This document shows positions 1 through 11,658 of a stretch of 64,000 bases of DNA, piece by piece. A program made the position numbers and the translations under genes. The notes under the pieces are model-generated. The model saw nothing but the letters and a program-made list of their open reading frames with translations, was not told the origin of the DNA and made no database searches. Source of the stretch: Alphaproteobacteria bacterium. Its GTDB lineage: Bacteria > Pseudomonadota > Alphaproteobacteria > Rs-D84. The stretch is taken from NCBI GenBank assembly GCA_017511715.1, contig JAFWJF010000007.1, positions 6,421 through 70,420 of the forward strand, in the 5' to 3' direction. Position 1 is the first letter of the stretch. The number at the start of each line of letters is the position of its first letter.

Positions 1-640
1 CAGCAATTTGTGCAGATTCTGCCAATGTCAATTCACGTGCACCATGCCCAAAAAGCATATTAGCCGCGGCATCAACACCACGCATTCCGCCGACCAACGA
101 CACCCTGTTCATATATAAATCTAGTATTTGATTTTTTGTAAATCTGTTTTCTAACCACATTGATAATATTAGTTCTTGAATTTTTCTGGAAATCTTTTTA
201 TCGCGGGACAAGAATATATTCTTTGCCGTCTGTTGCGTTATCGTCGACCCCCCCGCAGCAAAATGCCCATTAAACATATTAACAAATATTGCACGAATTG
301 TTCCACGATATGATATTGCACCATGCTTGAAAAAATTTTTGTCTTCGATTGCGACAATTGCCTGCCACACGTGTGGTGGTAAATTATCCACACTTACCGC
401 CGCGCCCATAATACGCCCGTCCGCCCTTATTTCGCGGCTATTTTTATCAAGGAATATTATCGCCGGTTCACGTGTTTCGTGCAACACAGAATCAAGTGAT
501 GGCATCTGTAAAAATACAAACAACACATATAAACCGCACAACGCGACCAAAATCAAGAACACGTTTATAAAGAAACCTAACAAGCGCGCCTTGAAGGAAC
601 GTTTCTTTTTCTGTTTTGTTTCTTCATAATCTTTCTGCAC
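1..640 (-). CDS. Penicillin-binding protein 1A-like, N-terminal transglycosylase part (5' partial in window; runs off left edge)
   Basis: Minus-strand translation contains N-terminal TM helix followed by glycosyltransferase-51 motifs (EDKNFFKHGAISYRG..., GGSTITQQ). Start GTG/ATG near 600-640 directly after ligA stop. Confidence 0.6.
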   Translation of the reverse strand, partial: MQKDYEETKQKKKRSFKARLLGFFINVFLILVALCGLYVLFVFLQMPSLDSVLHETREPAIIFLDKNSREIRADGRIMGAAVSVDNLPPHVWQAIVAIEDKNFFKHGAISYRGTIRAIFVNMFNGHFAAGGSTITQQTAKNIFLSRDKKISRKIQELILSMWLENRFTKNQILDLYMNRVSLVGGMRGVDAAANMLFGHGARELTLAESAQIA

Positions 641-649
641 CGTGGCCCC

Positions 650-2696
<2,047 letters not shown>

Positions 2697-2697
<1 letters not shown>

Positions 2698-3443
2698 TAT
2701 CTTAAAAAGAAAGTTATTGTCGAAACCACGCGAACACGTTTGTTGATTGCCTGACGTTCATTATCAGACCATGCATCAACTTGGTCGCGTGCAGAAATGC
2801 TAAAAGTACCCTGGTTCGCGGTTTTGATTTTGCCCAATGTAGTTCCAGCATCTTTTGCAAACTGTTCACCCGCGGCAGTTGCATTTTTTGTCGCTTCTTC
2901 TATCATTTTTATTTTTATATCGTTAAGCCCGTTAAAGACATAAATTGGACCGGCATAATCTTCGCTTACCGTCACACCTTGACGCACCAAATCGCCCATT
3001 TTACGCGAAACAGCATCAACCAAATTTACAGAATTCGAACGCACCATAACACCTGTTTCAACAACATATCTGTCGTTGCTGGCTTGGTCTTTTCTTTCTG
3101 CTTCGCTGTATCCGGCATATTTATCACGTACTGTGATACGCAGGTTCTGTAATTCGCTTTCTTCAAATCCATTATTAATCAAGAACTGACGGGTCTTTAC
3201 CAAATCAGAATCTACATCAGATTGAACCTTGGCTAAATCGCCCCCAACACGACTGAATTTAATGTTCCAAACCGCAGTATCAGCGACAACATCCATTTCT
3301 GCCAAGCCTTTGACAGTAACAGTTCGCGATGCCAATGATTTATAAACACCGTTACCAATAAAAAAACCACCCAGCGCAACACCAAACGCCATGATAACAA
3401 CCCAAACCGTTGGTAAATTTTTAAGTTTTTCTGATATTTTCAT
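2697..3443 (-). CDS. SIMPL/DUF541 family periplasmic protein (YggE-like)
   Basis: 248 aa, N-terminal signal/TM, sequence pattern typical of 26-kDa periplasmic immunogenic protein family. Confidence 0.65.
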
Positions 3444-3572
3444 CTTTTTCCCCCTTGTTTATTTTTTGATATGTCGATTATAAACCGGTAAAAAAATATT
3501 GCAAGTTTATAAAAATTATTTCTTGCAAAAAATCATGATTATTTTTATTCTGGTCCATGAAAGGAGTCAAAA

Positions 3573-4595
3573 ATGAAATGGACAATTTTATTAGCAATCA
3601 TCATAGCTTTCGGAATTTTAGGTTGTTTTTTTATTTCATGCAACAAATGGGATAACGTATTTCCAAAAAACCCAAATGTTATCACACAAAAGGTACATTT
3701 TCATAATCGATATGGAATTGAATTGGTTGGTGATTTATATATGCCAAAAAATAAATCTGCTGAAAAAATGCCAGCGATAGCAATATCTGGTCCGTTTGGT
3801 GCCGTTAAAGAACAATCATCCGGACTATACGCACAAGAAATGGCGGCGCGTGGTTTTATCACATTGGCTTTTGACCCATCGTTCACTGGCGAAAGTGGTG
3901 GCAAAGTTCGCTATGTCGCATCCCCAGATATAAATACCGAAGATTTTTCAGCGGCTGTTGATTATTTGGCAACCCGCAAAGATGTAGATGCAGAAAAAAT
4001 TGGTATAATTGGAATCTGTGGTTGGGGTGGCATGGCGATTAATGCTGCTGCCATGGATACACGTATCAAGGCGACTGTTGCGTCAACTATGTATGATATG
4101 ACCCGCATTTCTGCGAATGGCTATTATGATGTGGACGATAATGCCGATGCCCGTTTTGCAACTAAAAAGGCATTAAACGAACAACGCACCATCGATTATA
4201 AAAACGGCAAATACGATTTAGCAGGCGGTGTTGTTGACCCATTACCAGAAGATGCCCCGCAATTTGTAAAAGACTATTATGCTTATTATAAAACACCACG
4301 CGGTTACCATAAGCGTTCACTAAATTCTAATGGCGGGTGGAACAAGACAAGTTCTTTGTCATTTATCAACATGCCTATTTTACAGCGCGCTGATGAAATA
4401 CGCACACCTGTATTATTAGTTCATGGCGAAAACGCACACAGCCGTTATTTCAGCGAAGGCGCATTTGCAAAACTGACCGGCGACAACAAAGAATTGATGA
4501 TTATTCCTGGTGCAAGTCATGTTGATTTATATGACAATATGGAAAAAATACCTTTTGATAAAATGGAACAATTCTTTAAGATAAATTTGAAATAA
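3573..4595 (+). CDS. Alpha/beta hydrolase fold protein (membrane-anchored/secreted)
   Basis: 340 aa, N-terminal hydrophobic segment, nucleophile elbow G-x-C/S-x-G (GICGWGG) and HGxxD-like C-terminal motif; RBS aaaggag upstream. Confidence 0.7.
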   Translation: MKWTILLAIIIAFGILGCFFISCNKWDNVFPKNPNVITQKVHFHNRYGIELVGDLYMPKNKSAEKMPAIAISGPFGAVKEQSSGLYAQEMAARGFITLAFDPSFTGESGGKVRYVASPDINTEDFSAAVDYLATRKDVDAEKIGIIGICGWGGMAINAAAMDTRIKATVASTMYDMTRISANGYYDVDDNADARFATKKALNEQRTIDYKNGKYDLAGGVVDPLPEDAPQFVKDYYAYYKTPRGYHKRSLNSNGGWNKTSSLSFINMPILQRADEIRTPVLLVHGENAHSRYFSEGAFAKLTGDNKELMIIPGASHVDLYDNMEKIPFDKMEQFFKINLK

Positions 4596-4607
4596 AAAGA
4601 GTGTTAT

Positions 4608-5141
4608 ATGAAAAAATTATTGTTTATTTTATCGTTGTTTTTACCATTTGTGGCACATGCTGATAACGATAAAATCTTGGTTGCTTACTTCAGTGCAACT
4701 GGAAATACCGCAGAAGTTGCACAAAAATTGGCAACCGCAATAAATGCTGATTTATTTGAAATTGTGCCAGAACAACCATATACATCTGATGATTTAAATT
4801 GGCAAAACAATCAAAGTCGTACTTCGATTGAAATGGGCGACAAAAGTTCACGGCCACAAATCGCATCAAAAATCGAAGACATATCGCAATACAACATTGT
4901 CTTTGTGGGTTCACCAATCTGGTGGGGTCGCGAACCATCTATAATTGACACATTTATTGAAAGTTATAATTTTGCTGACAAAACAATTATACCTTTTGTC
5001 ACATCGGGCAGCAGTGATATCGGCGATTATGGGGCAAATTTACAAGCATTAGCGCCAGATGCAAAAGTATTAGTTGGTAAACGATTCCCAACAGATGTTT
5101 CCGCACAAGAACTTAAAATCTGGGCAGACGAACAAATGTAA
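4608..5141 (+). CDS. Flavodoxin-like protein with signal peptide
   Basis: 177 aa; cleavable signal (MKKLLFILSLFLPFVAHA) then flavodoxin FMN-binding start (LVAYFSATGNTAEVA). Confidence 0.7.
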   Translation: MKKLLFILSLFLPFVAHADNDKILVAYFSATGNTAEVAQKLATAINADLFEIVPEQPYTSDDLNWQNNQSRTSIEMGDKSSRPQIASKIEDISQYNIVFVGSPIWWGREPSIIDTFIESYNFADKTIIPFVTSGSSDIGDYGANLQALAPDAKVLVGKRFPTDVSAQELKIWADEQM

Positions 5142-5145
5142 AAAA

Positions 5146-5174
5146 TACCGCCACTTTGGGCGGTATTTTAATTT
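5146..5174 (+). terminator. Intrinsic terminator after flavodoxin gene
   Basis: Hairpin taccgccactttgggcggta followed by T-rich run. Confidence 0.55.
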
Positions 5175-5190
5175 ATGGGGCGGGTGACCT
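5174..5190 (-). repeat. Partial copy 1 of tRNA-His 3' end (tggggcgggtgacc)
   Basis: Exact match to the 3' acceptor/T-arm end of the downstream tRNA-His, followed by ctcgatacacaat. Confidence 0.7.
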
Positions 5191-5293
5191 GTTCTCGATA
5201 CACAATCTTCCAAGAGCGAGCTTTGTATGCTCGATTTTTAATCCTTGCTGACGCTGCGGTAAAAATCGGCATCGGGTGACCAGATTGCTTCGC

Positions 5294-5310
5294 TATGGGG
5301 CGGGTGACCC
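5294..5310 (-). repeat. Partial copy 2 of tRNA-His 3' end
   Basis: Second tggggcgggtgacc copy; a further fragment gggtgaccagatt at ~5273. Confidence 0.7.
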
Positions 5311-5397
5311 TTCCTCGATACACAATAACAAAAATTAAAAAAATTTCGTAAACTTCAATTTTTTAACATTTTTCTAATTGTGTATTCTCGTATTCGC
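5308..5397. mobile_element. Small IR-bounded MITE-like element (copy A), adjacent to tRNA-His 3' fragment
   Basis: ~90 bp bounded by imperfect inverted ends (cctcgatacacaataacaaaaat ... atttttctaattgtgtattctcgtatt). A near-identical element occurs at ~55388-55478 beside tRNA-Glu. Confidence 0.45.
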
Positions 5398-5544
5398 TCG
5401 GGCTTCGCCCTGTGCGGCATTCGTTAGCACTCGAACTTCGTTACACTCGTTCTCGCTTACTCATAGTCGAACTTTCAGTTCGCATCTGGTCACCTGTCTT
5501 AGTTAAATTAAAAAATGGGCCCTTCGGTCCATTTTTTGATTTAA

Positions 5545-5622
5545 TGGGGCGGGTGACCAGATTCGAACTGGCGACATTCGGTACCACAAACCGACGCTCT
5601 AACCAACTGAGCTACACCCGCC
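5545..5622 (-). tRNA. tRNA-His (anticodon GTG)
   Basis: Cloverleaf with anticodon loop TTGTGGT, extra 5' G(-1) pairing with discriminator C, T-loop GTTCGAATC, 3' CCA encoded. Confidence 0.85.
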
Positions 5623-5642
5623 ATAACTTTTGGGTAAAAACT

Positions 5643-5718
5643 TGGTGGAGCTGATCAGACTCGAACTGACGACCCCTTGCATGCCATGCAAGTGCTCTAC
5701 CAACTGAGCTACAACCCC
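5643..5718 (-). tRNA. tRNA-Ala (anticodon GGC)
   Basis: Acceptor GGGGTTG with G3:U70, anticodon stem CTTGC/GCAAG with loop ATGGCAT, TTCGAGT T-loop, CCA encoded. Confidence 0.85.
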
Positions 5719-5807
5719 ATGCGAGAAAGTATTTTATATTTCTTCTTGCAAAAAGTCAAATCATTTTGCTAACCTTTCTCTATCGAATATATCAACAGGA
5801 GTTTATT

Positions 5808-6368
5808 ATGGATTATTCATCACTGAAAACCGAAGTCGAACAAAAAACAGCCCAAACATTAGAAGTTTTACAAAATGCCTTCGCTGGCTTGCGCACCGGG
5901 CGTGCATCTGTGCATTTACTAGATGGTGTAAAAGTGCCTGTGTATGGCTCTGAAATGCCGCTTAATCAGGTTGCAACTGTTTCAACGCCAGATACTCAAA
6001 CATTATCTGTGACTGTTTGGGATGTTACCAATGCACCTGCTGTAGAAAAAGCGATTCGTGATTCAGGTTTGGGCTTAAATCCAATGACCGCGGGTGGTGT
6101 TATTCGTCTGAATCTGCCACCATTAACCGAAGAACGTCGTCGCGAATTAACAAAAGTTGCCGGAAAATATGCCGAAGAAGCCAAGATTTCCATGCGTAAC
6201 ATCCGTCAAGATGCGATGTCTAAAATCAAACGCGCCGTCACAGATAAAGAAATTTCTGAAGACGATCAGCGTAAATATGAAGAAGACATCCAAAAGGTCT
6301 TTGATGGACGCGGTGTTGAAGTTGATGCAATGGCGAAACAAAAAGAAGCCGATATTATGTCTGTTTAA
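5808..6368 (+). CDS. frr: Ribosome recycling factor
   Basis: 187 aa from ATG at 5808 (RBS aggag 7 nt upstream); conserved Frr sequence; first gene of frr-uppS-cdsA-rseP-bamA block. Confidence 0.95.
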   Translation: MDYSSLKTEVEQKTAQTLEVLQNAFAGLRTGRASVHLLDGVKVPVYGSEMPLNQVATVSTPDTQTLSVTVWDVTNAPAVEKAIRDSGLGLNPMTAGGVIRLNLPPLTEERRRELTKVAGKYAEEAKISMRNIRQDAMSKIKRAVTDKEISEDDQRKYEEDIQKVFDGRGVEVDAMAKQKEADIMSV

Positions 6369-6394
6369 TGCCAAGGACAAGGAAAGGATTTATA

Positions 6395-7150
6395 ATGTTT
6401 AATCTCTTCAAGAAAAAAAATGCAATCACAACCGATACGGCAAAAATACCACAACATATTGCTTTCATTTGTGATGGGAATCGGCGTTGGGCTGAAATGC
6501 GTGGTTTGCCCCCATTGATGGGACACCAAGCGGGCATTTCTAATTTCGAAAACTTGGTTGATTGGTTTATTGCACGCGGTGTTTCAACAATTACATTTTA
6601 TATATTTTCTACAGAAAATTGGAATCGGTCCCAAGAAGAAGTCGATTTTTTAATGAATCTTTTTTACACCGAACTTAACAAAAATATGAAGCATGCGATT
6701 GAAAAAAATTTACGCTATCGTATTTTGGGTTCACGCGACAGATTGCCTGTAAAACTGGCAAAAATGTGTGACAAATTGGAAGAAGCATCTGCAGAAAACA
6801 CTGGCGGAACGGTGGCTTTTGCATTGAATTATGGCGGGCAAGATGAAATTGTTCGCGCAGTAAATGCCGCGATTGAAAATGGGAAACCGGTTGATAAAGA
6901 ATCTTTTGAAACATTTATGGACACTGGTGATTTATTGCCTGTAGATTTGATGGTTCGCACAAGCAATGAAAACAGAATTTCTAATTTCTTGCTTTGGAAA
7001 CTGGCATATGCAGAATTGTTGTTCGTTCCAGAACATTGGCCCGATTTGGTAAAATCTGAAAAATTATGGCAACATGTTCTTGATGAATACCAGAAACGCA
7101 ATCGTCGTTTCGGCGGTGGTAAAAAGAAAAATTATTCGGGGAAAAAGTAA
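6395..7150 (+). CDS. uppS: Undecaprenyl-diphosphate synthase
   Basis: Starts MFNLFKKK; motifs IAFICDGNRRWA and ENWNRS typical of cis-prenyltransferases. Confidence 0.93.
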   Translation: MFNLFKKKNAITTDTAKIPQHIAFICDGNRRWAEMRGLPPLMGHQAGISNFENLVDWFIARGVSTITFYIFSTENWNRSQEEVDFLMNLFYTELNKNMKHAIEKNLRYRILGSRDRLPVKLAKMCDKLEEASAENTGGTVAFALNYGGQDEIVRAVNAAIENGKPVDKESFETFMDTGDLLPVDLMVRTSNENRISNFLLWKLAYAELLFVPEHWPDLVKSEKLWQHVLDEYQKRNRRFGGGKKKNYSGKK

Positions 7151-7151
7151 A

Positions 7152-7823
7152 ATGAAATTATCTGAATTATCTAATACAAGTTTGCGAATTTTGTCAGCGA
7201 TTGCTATGTTAGTGATATTGGCTGTCGTTGTCGCGTTGGAATATTATTTTCCACAGATTCGTGCGGTACGCTGGTTGGCGGTTCTGGTTATGATTGGTGC
7301 GATTTATGAAACAATAAAGAACTTCCGAAACGCGACCAATGAAACGTTCAATGCGCATGCTTTTTATTTCATCCTGTTTTTTGCATGGTTAATTTTAATG
7401 TTGGTTTCTGCTTACTTTGTTGGGGGTCGCCCATGGATTATGCTGTGGCTGTTAATGATTATAGTTGGTGCGGATGTCGGTGCATGGTTATTTGGCAAAA
7501 TATTTGGTGGCGATAAAATGTGGGAAAGATTATCTGCACATAAAACCTGGTCTGGTCAAATTGGTGGCATATTGTGTGGAACACTGATGTCCATCCTGTT
7601 CTTTATGTACATTAAACCATTTGGTAATGATATTGTTTTTGCGATATTGATGGGAATAAGCATGTCTTTGTTATCACAATACGGCGATTTAACCGCAAGT
7701 TTCACAAAAAGGTGTTTGGGCGTAAAAGATTTTGGCAACCTTATACCCGGACACGGTGGTATATTGGACAGATTCGATGGTTGGATATATATCCTGCCGT
7801 TGATGTGGTTTTTCATAGGATAA
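7152..7823 (+). CDS. cdsA: Phosphatidate cytidylyltransferase
   Basis: Multi-TM protein with C-terminal CTP-transferase motif GHGGILDRFDG; ATG at 7152 directly after uppS. Confidence 0.9.
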   Translation: MKLSELSNTSLRILSAIAMLVILAVVVALEYYFPQIRAVRWLAVLVMIGAIYETIKNFRNATNETFNAHAFYFILFFAWLILMLVSAYFVGGRPWIMLWLLMIIVGADVGAWLFGKIFGGDKMWERLSAHKTWSGQIGGILCGTLMSILFFMYIKPFGNDIVFAILMGISMSLLSQYGDLTASFTKRCLGVKDFGNLIPGHGGILDRFDGWIYILPLMWFFIG

Positions 7824-7836
7824 GAGGATTCAGATT

Positions 7837-8895
7837 ATGCACACTATTTTGACCGTTGTTGCATTGTTAATTGTTTTAGGCGTGGTTGTTTTCGTTCACG
7901 AAGCCGGACATTTTATGGCGGCGCGTTGGGCGGGCGTGCGCGTTGATGCGTTTTCTATTGGTTTTGGTCCTGCGCTTGTGAAATGGCACGATAAGCATAA
8001 TACGGTATGGAAATTGTGTGCCTTGCCTTTGGGTGGATATGTTTCTATCTATGGTCAAGAGGACATGTTCAACCGCAAAAAATATCAAGATTTACCAAAA
8101 GATAAAAAAGTCGGACATTACTTGTCTGTCCCTGCATGGAAACAGTTTATAATTATTGCCGCTGGTGTATTTATGAATTTTATGCTGGCTTGGGCGATTT
8201 ACAGTGCTGACTTCATGTTCCGACCACGCAATATCCAGTTGCCTGTTGTTGGTCAGGTTGTTCGTGACAGTGTTGCTTTTAATGCAGGTGTAAAGGCTGG
8301 CGATGTCATAATGAAAATAGACGGGGAAAATATTTCTAATTGGGGTGAATTGATTATCGCCAAAGAATTAGCCGATAAACACGATGCACATGTTTTAATC
8401 GCCCGCAAAGACAGATTGATAAATGTCACACTGATACCGGCAGAACGTTGGGGGCTGATTGCAGACGGCAGCAAAACCATGTTCCGCAACAAGGGTTTCT
8501 TTGGCGCAATTTATTCGGGCTTACGTGAAACATACCATCAATCAAAAACTTTGTTAATCGTGTTGAAACAAATTGTGACGGGGGAACGCTCTTCTAAACA
8601 ACTTGGGTCGTTTATCACTATTGCCCAGGTTTCTGGTCATGCTTTGGAAGCAGGCTTCTTCATTTTCTTGTCGATAATCGCGTTAATTTCTGTGAATTTA
8701 GCGGTTATAAACTTGTTGCCCCTGCCCGTTCTGGATGGTGGCTATTTACTGATTTTGATTATAGAAGCTATCACGCGCCGCAAACTGGGTGGTAAGGCAA
8801 TGGAGATAACTATTGTTATCGGTTGGATTTTAATCCTGTTGTTGTTCGCATTTACTATGTGGAACGATATCGCACGCGTATTTGGTATAAACTAA
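7837..8895 (+). CDS. rseP: RIP zinc metalloprotease RseP
   Basis: 352 aa, HEAGHF zinc motif in TM1, PDZ-like middle, LDGG motif. Confidence 0.92.
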   Translation: MHTILTVVALLIVLGVVVFVHEAGHFMAARWAGVRVDAFSIGFGPALVKWHDKHNTVWKLCALPLGGYVSIYGQEDMFNRKKYQDLPKDKKVGHYLSVPAWKQFIIIAAGVFMNFMLAWAIYSADFMFRPRNIQLPVVGQVVRDSVAFNAGVKAGDVIMKIDGENISNWGELIIAKELADKHDAHVLIARKDRLINVTLIPAERWGLIADGSKTMFRNKGFFGAIYSGLRETYHQSKTLLIVLKQIVTGERSSKQLGSFITIAQVSGHALEAGFFIFLSIIALISVNLAVINLLPLPVLDGGYLLILIIEAITRRKLGGKAMEITIVIGWILILLLFAFTMWNDIARVFGIN

Positions 8896-8906
8896 GAGGT
8901 GTTAAT

Positions 8907-9134
8907 ATGAAACCAAATATTTATAATGTAGAAGCTGGAACAAATATAAGAGAAGCCGTAGAACGTGCTATTTTAGTTGCGCGCGCAAAAAATGCCCCAA
9001 CAATTGTACAATTTAACGGTGCACGTTTCTGTGTTAACCCAGACACAACTTGTCAGGAAGCTATCGACACATACCTTGAAGTAAAGAGAAAAATGTTTGA
9101 AACGGAAAAATTATTGAAACAAAAAACAAAATAA
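8907..9134 (+). CDS. Small hypothetical protein (75 aa) between rseP and bamA
   Basis: ATG with RBS gagg; no recognisable family; conserved position suggests co-transcription with bamA. Confidence 0.4.
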   Translation: MKPNIYNVEAGTNIREAVERAILVARAKNAPTIVQFNGARFCVNPDTTCQEAIDTYLEVKRKMFETEKLLKQKTK

Positions 9135-9139
9135 TAAAA

Positions 9140-11413
9140 ATGAAAAGCAAATCGTTGAAAATTCTACCCTTATTACCTGCTGTGTTTGTTGGCACGGCGA
9201 ATGGTGCCGTTGTTTCGCGCATTGACGTTAATGGTAATCAGCGCATGGATGCGGAATCTGTCCGTATTTTAGCCAACGTAAAAACAGGCGATAATGTCAA
9301 TTCTGAACACATAAACAATATCGCGAAAGATTTACAAGCCAGTGGTTATTTCGAGAAAGTCAATGTACAACTTAATGGGAACGTATTAAAAATAGACCTT
9401 GTTGAATCACCTGTTGTTAATATGGTAACTGTCGAAGGCAACGATGAAATTGATACCGATGACTTGAAAAAAGAAATAAAGACGAAAGAACGCACTTCCT
9501 ATGATAAATCTACGATTGGCGCGGATGTTCAACGAATGCTAACTCTTTATCAGCGCAAAGGTTTCTTTGGCACTAAAATTAATCCTAAAAGAATCGAATT
9601 AGACAACAATCGCGTAAATGTTGTATTTGAAATAACAGAAGGACATCCGACCTATATCAGCGACATTGATTTTGAGAACAACAAAAAGTTTCGTTCCAGA
9701 ACATTACGCAAGGAACTGTTATCGCGTGAACATGCATGGTGGCGTTTCATGACGCAATTTGATGTTTATGACGAAGACCGTATTCAATACGACCAACAAT
9801 TATTACATCAATTTTATATGCGCAATGGCTTCCTTGATTTTCGTATAACAGACGTTAAAGGCGAATTCACAGATACCAGGGAATATTATTCTGTAAAATA
9901 TACAGTTGATGAAGGCAATCAATATAAAATTGGCGAAGTTACAATCGACAACCCTTTTTCCGATGTACCTGATAAAGAATTAAAGCGTGCTTTGACAATA
10001 TCGAAAAAGGATGTGTACAATATTGATGAAATTGATGCAACAATAACCGCATTGCGGGGCAAAGTTGCAGACCATGGATACGCGTTTATAAGTATTGAAC
10101 CAATACCAACAAAACACGATGATACGCGCACTGTTGATATTAACTTCAAGATTCAGAAAACCAATCGCATATATATAAACAGCATCAATTTGCTGGGCAA
10201 TGTTCGTACTTTTGACAGTGTGATTGAACATCATCTGCCTATGCGCGAAGGCGATCCTTTTTCATTACAAACGATTGAAACAGGTCGTCAAAATTTAATG
10301 CACACGCGTTATTTCAAGGATGTTCAAATGGTGCCAAATCGTATGGCAGATGCGAATATGATGAATCTTGATGTAAAGGTTGAAGAACAACCAACAGGCG
10401 AATTGTCTGGTGGTCTGGGCTGGTCAACAATCAATGGGTTTATGGTTGACGCAGGTATCACAGAAAACAATTTTATGGGTCGTGGTCAAATTGTCCAGAT
10501 AAAAGGTTCTATCGCACAATATCAACGGCAGGCCTTGTTTAGTTTTACAGAACCATTCCTTTTTAATCGTGAATTATCCGGTGGTTTTGATGTTTCTTAT
10601 ACACAATACCAATATTCTAAACTTGGCGGTTATGGATATGATCGTGATTCTTTTTCTGTATCTGGCCGGCTTGGTTGGCGTTTAACAGACCATTGGACCC
10701 AGACGATGCGCCTTTCTGCAACATTCGACCAAAACTATGACTTGAATTTAGGTGGCTGGCAAAAGGCAAATCTTTACACACTTGGGACTAATCTGCGTTA
10801 TTATAACCTGAATACAAATTTCCAACAGAATACACATACTGGTCTTGTTGGCAATATAGGCGTGGCATATACAGGCTTTGGCAGCACAAATACATTTATG
10901 CGATATAACGCGGACATCACAGGGCTTGTTAAATTCTTTGATGACAGATGGCAATTCCGCACAGGTTGGGAATTTGGATATTTACAATCATTGGAAAGTA
11001 ATGACTATATACCGCGTGTTTATCGATATTTCCTTGGTGGCGAGACTTTGCGTGGTTTTGATGTTGCAGGTGTTGGTTCGCGTAATTGGTATTATCGTTC
11101 TTATTCTTTGGGCGGACTTTGGAAACTTAACGGTTCGACCCAGATTAATTTCCCGATATTTATACCAGACGAATATCAAATCAAAGGTTTCATATTTGCA
11201 GATTATGGTATTTTAGGACGCCCACCAAAGCAAGAATACGAATTTTATGGCAAACCAAATATAATCGACCAAGATTGGCGCACATCGGCGGGCTTTGGTA
11301 TTTACTGGAATACACCAATGGGGCCGATGAACTTTTCGTGGGGTTGGCCGTTGCATCTTAATAAATATGATGACGAACGCAGATTCTTGTTATCGTTTGC
11401 GACACAATTCTAA
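9140..11413 (+). CDS. bamA: Outer membrane protein assembly factor BamA
   Basis: 757 aa, signal peptide, POTRA repeats then C-terminal beta-barrel ending in aromatic residue (ATQF). Confidence 0.95.
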   Translation: MKSKSLKILPLLPAVFVGTANGAVVSRIDVNGNQRMDAESVRILANVKTGDNVNSEHINNIAKDLQASGYFEKVNVQLNGNVLKIDLVESPVVNMVTVEGNDEIDTDDLKKEIKTKERTSYDKSTIGADVQRMLTLYQRKGFFGTKINPKRIELDNNRVNVVFEITEGHPTYISDIDFENNKKFRSRTLRKELLSREHAWWRFMTQFDVYDEDRIQYDQQLLHQFYMRNGFLDFRITDVKGEFTDTREYYSVKYTVDEGNQYKIGEVTIDNPFSDVPDKELKRALTISKKDVYNIDEIDATITALRGKVADHGYAFISIEPIPTKHDDTRTVDINFKIQKTNRIYINSINLLGNVRTFDSVIEHHLPMREGDPFSLQTIETGRQNLMHTRYFKDVQMVPNRMADANMMNLDVKVEEQPTGELSGGLGWSTINGFMVDAGITENNFMGRGQIVQIKGSIAQYQRQALFSFTEPFLFNRELSGGFDVSYTQYQYSKLGGYGYDRDSFSVSGRLGWRLTDHWTQTMRLSATFDQNYDLNLGGWQKANLYTLGTNLRYYNLNTNFQQNTHTGLVGNIGVAYTGFGSTNTFMRYNADITGLVKFFDDRWQFRTGWEFGYLQSLESNDYIPRVYRYFLGGETLRGFDVAGVGSRNWYYRSYSLGGLWKLNGSTQINFPIFIPDEYQIKGFIFADYGILGRPPKQEYEFYGKPNIIDQDWRTSAGFGIYWNTPMGPMNFSWGWPLHLNKYDDERRFLLSFATQF

Positions 11414-11477
11414 GATTGTTTTGGCTTGACGTGGGGGATGAATTTTTCTTATACTTTTAGAAAAGAAAGGAGAAGAC

Positions 11478-11633
11478 ATGAAAAAAATTTTAGCGATATT
11501 AGCATTGGTAATCGTCGGGTTCTCTTTGGCAGGTTGTGGTCAGATTTATGATGCCGAACCGGTCAGCATTGGCTATGATAACAATGAATTGAAATTAAGC
11601 CCATGCGCATGCATATTGGTATATCGTGCTTAA
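11478..11633 (+). CDS. Small lipoprotein (51 aa), VirB7-like by size and position (tentative)
   Basis: RBS aaggag, lipobox LAGC, sits immediately upstream of a VirB8-like gene. Confidence 0.4.
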   Translation: MKKILAILALVIVGFSLAGCGQIYDAEPVSIGYDNNELKLSPCACILVYRA

Positions 11634-11658
11634 AGCATTATGTTTGTAGGGGGAATGA

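Noticed and set aside
327-629. Plus-strand ORF of 100 aa
   Set aside because: Low-complexity translation; it lies antisense to a well-supported PBP1A-like transglycosylase reading frame whose motifs (EDKNFF, GGSTITQQ) are unmistakable.
5412-5654. 80-aa plus-strand ORF across the tRNA-His/tRNA-Ala region
   Set aside because: Overlaps two clear tRNA genes and repeat scars; the translation has no protein-like features.
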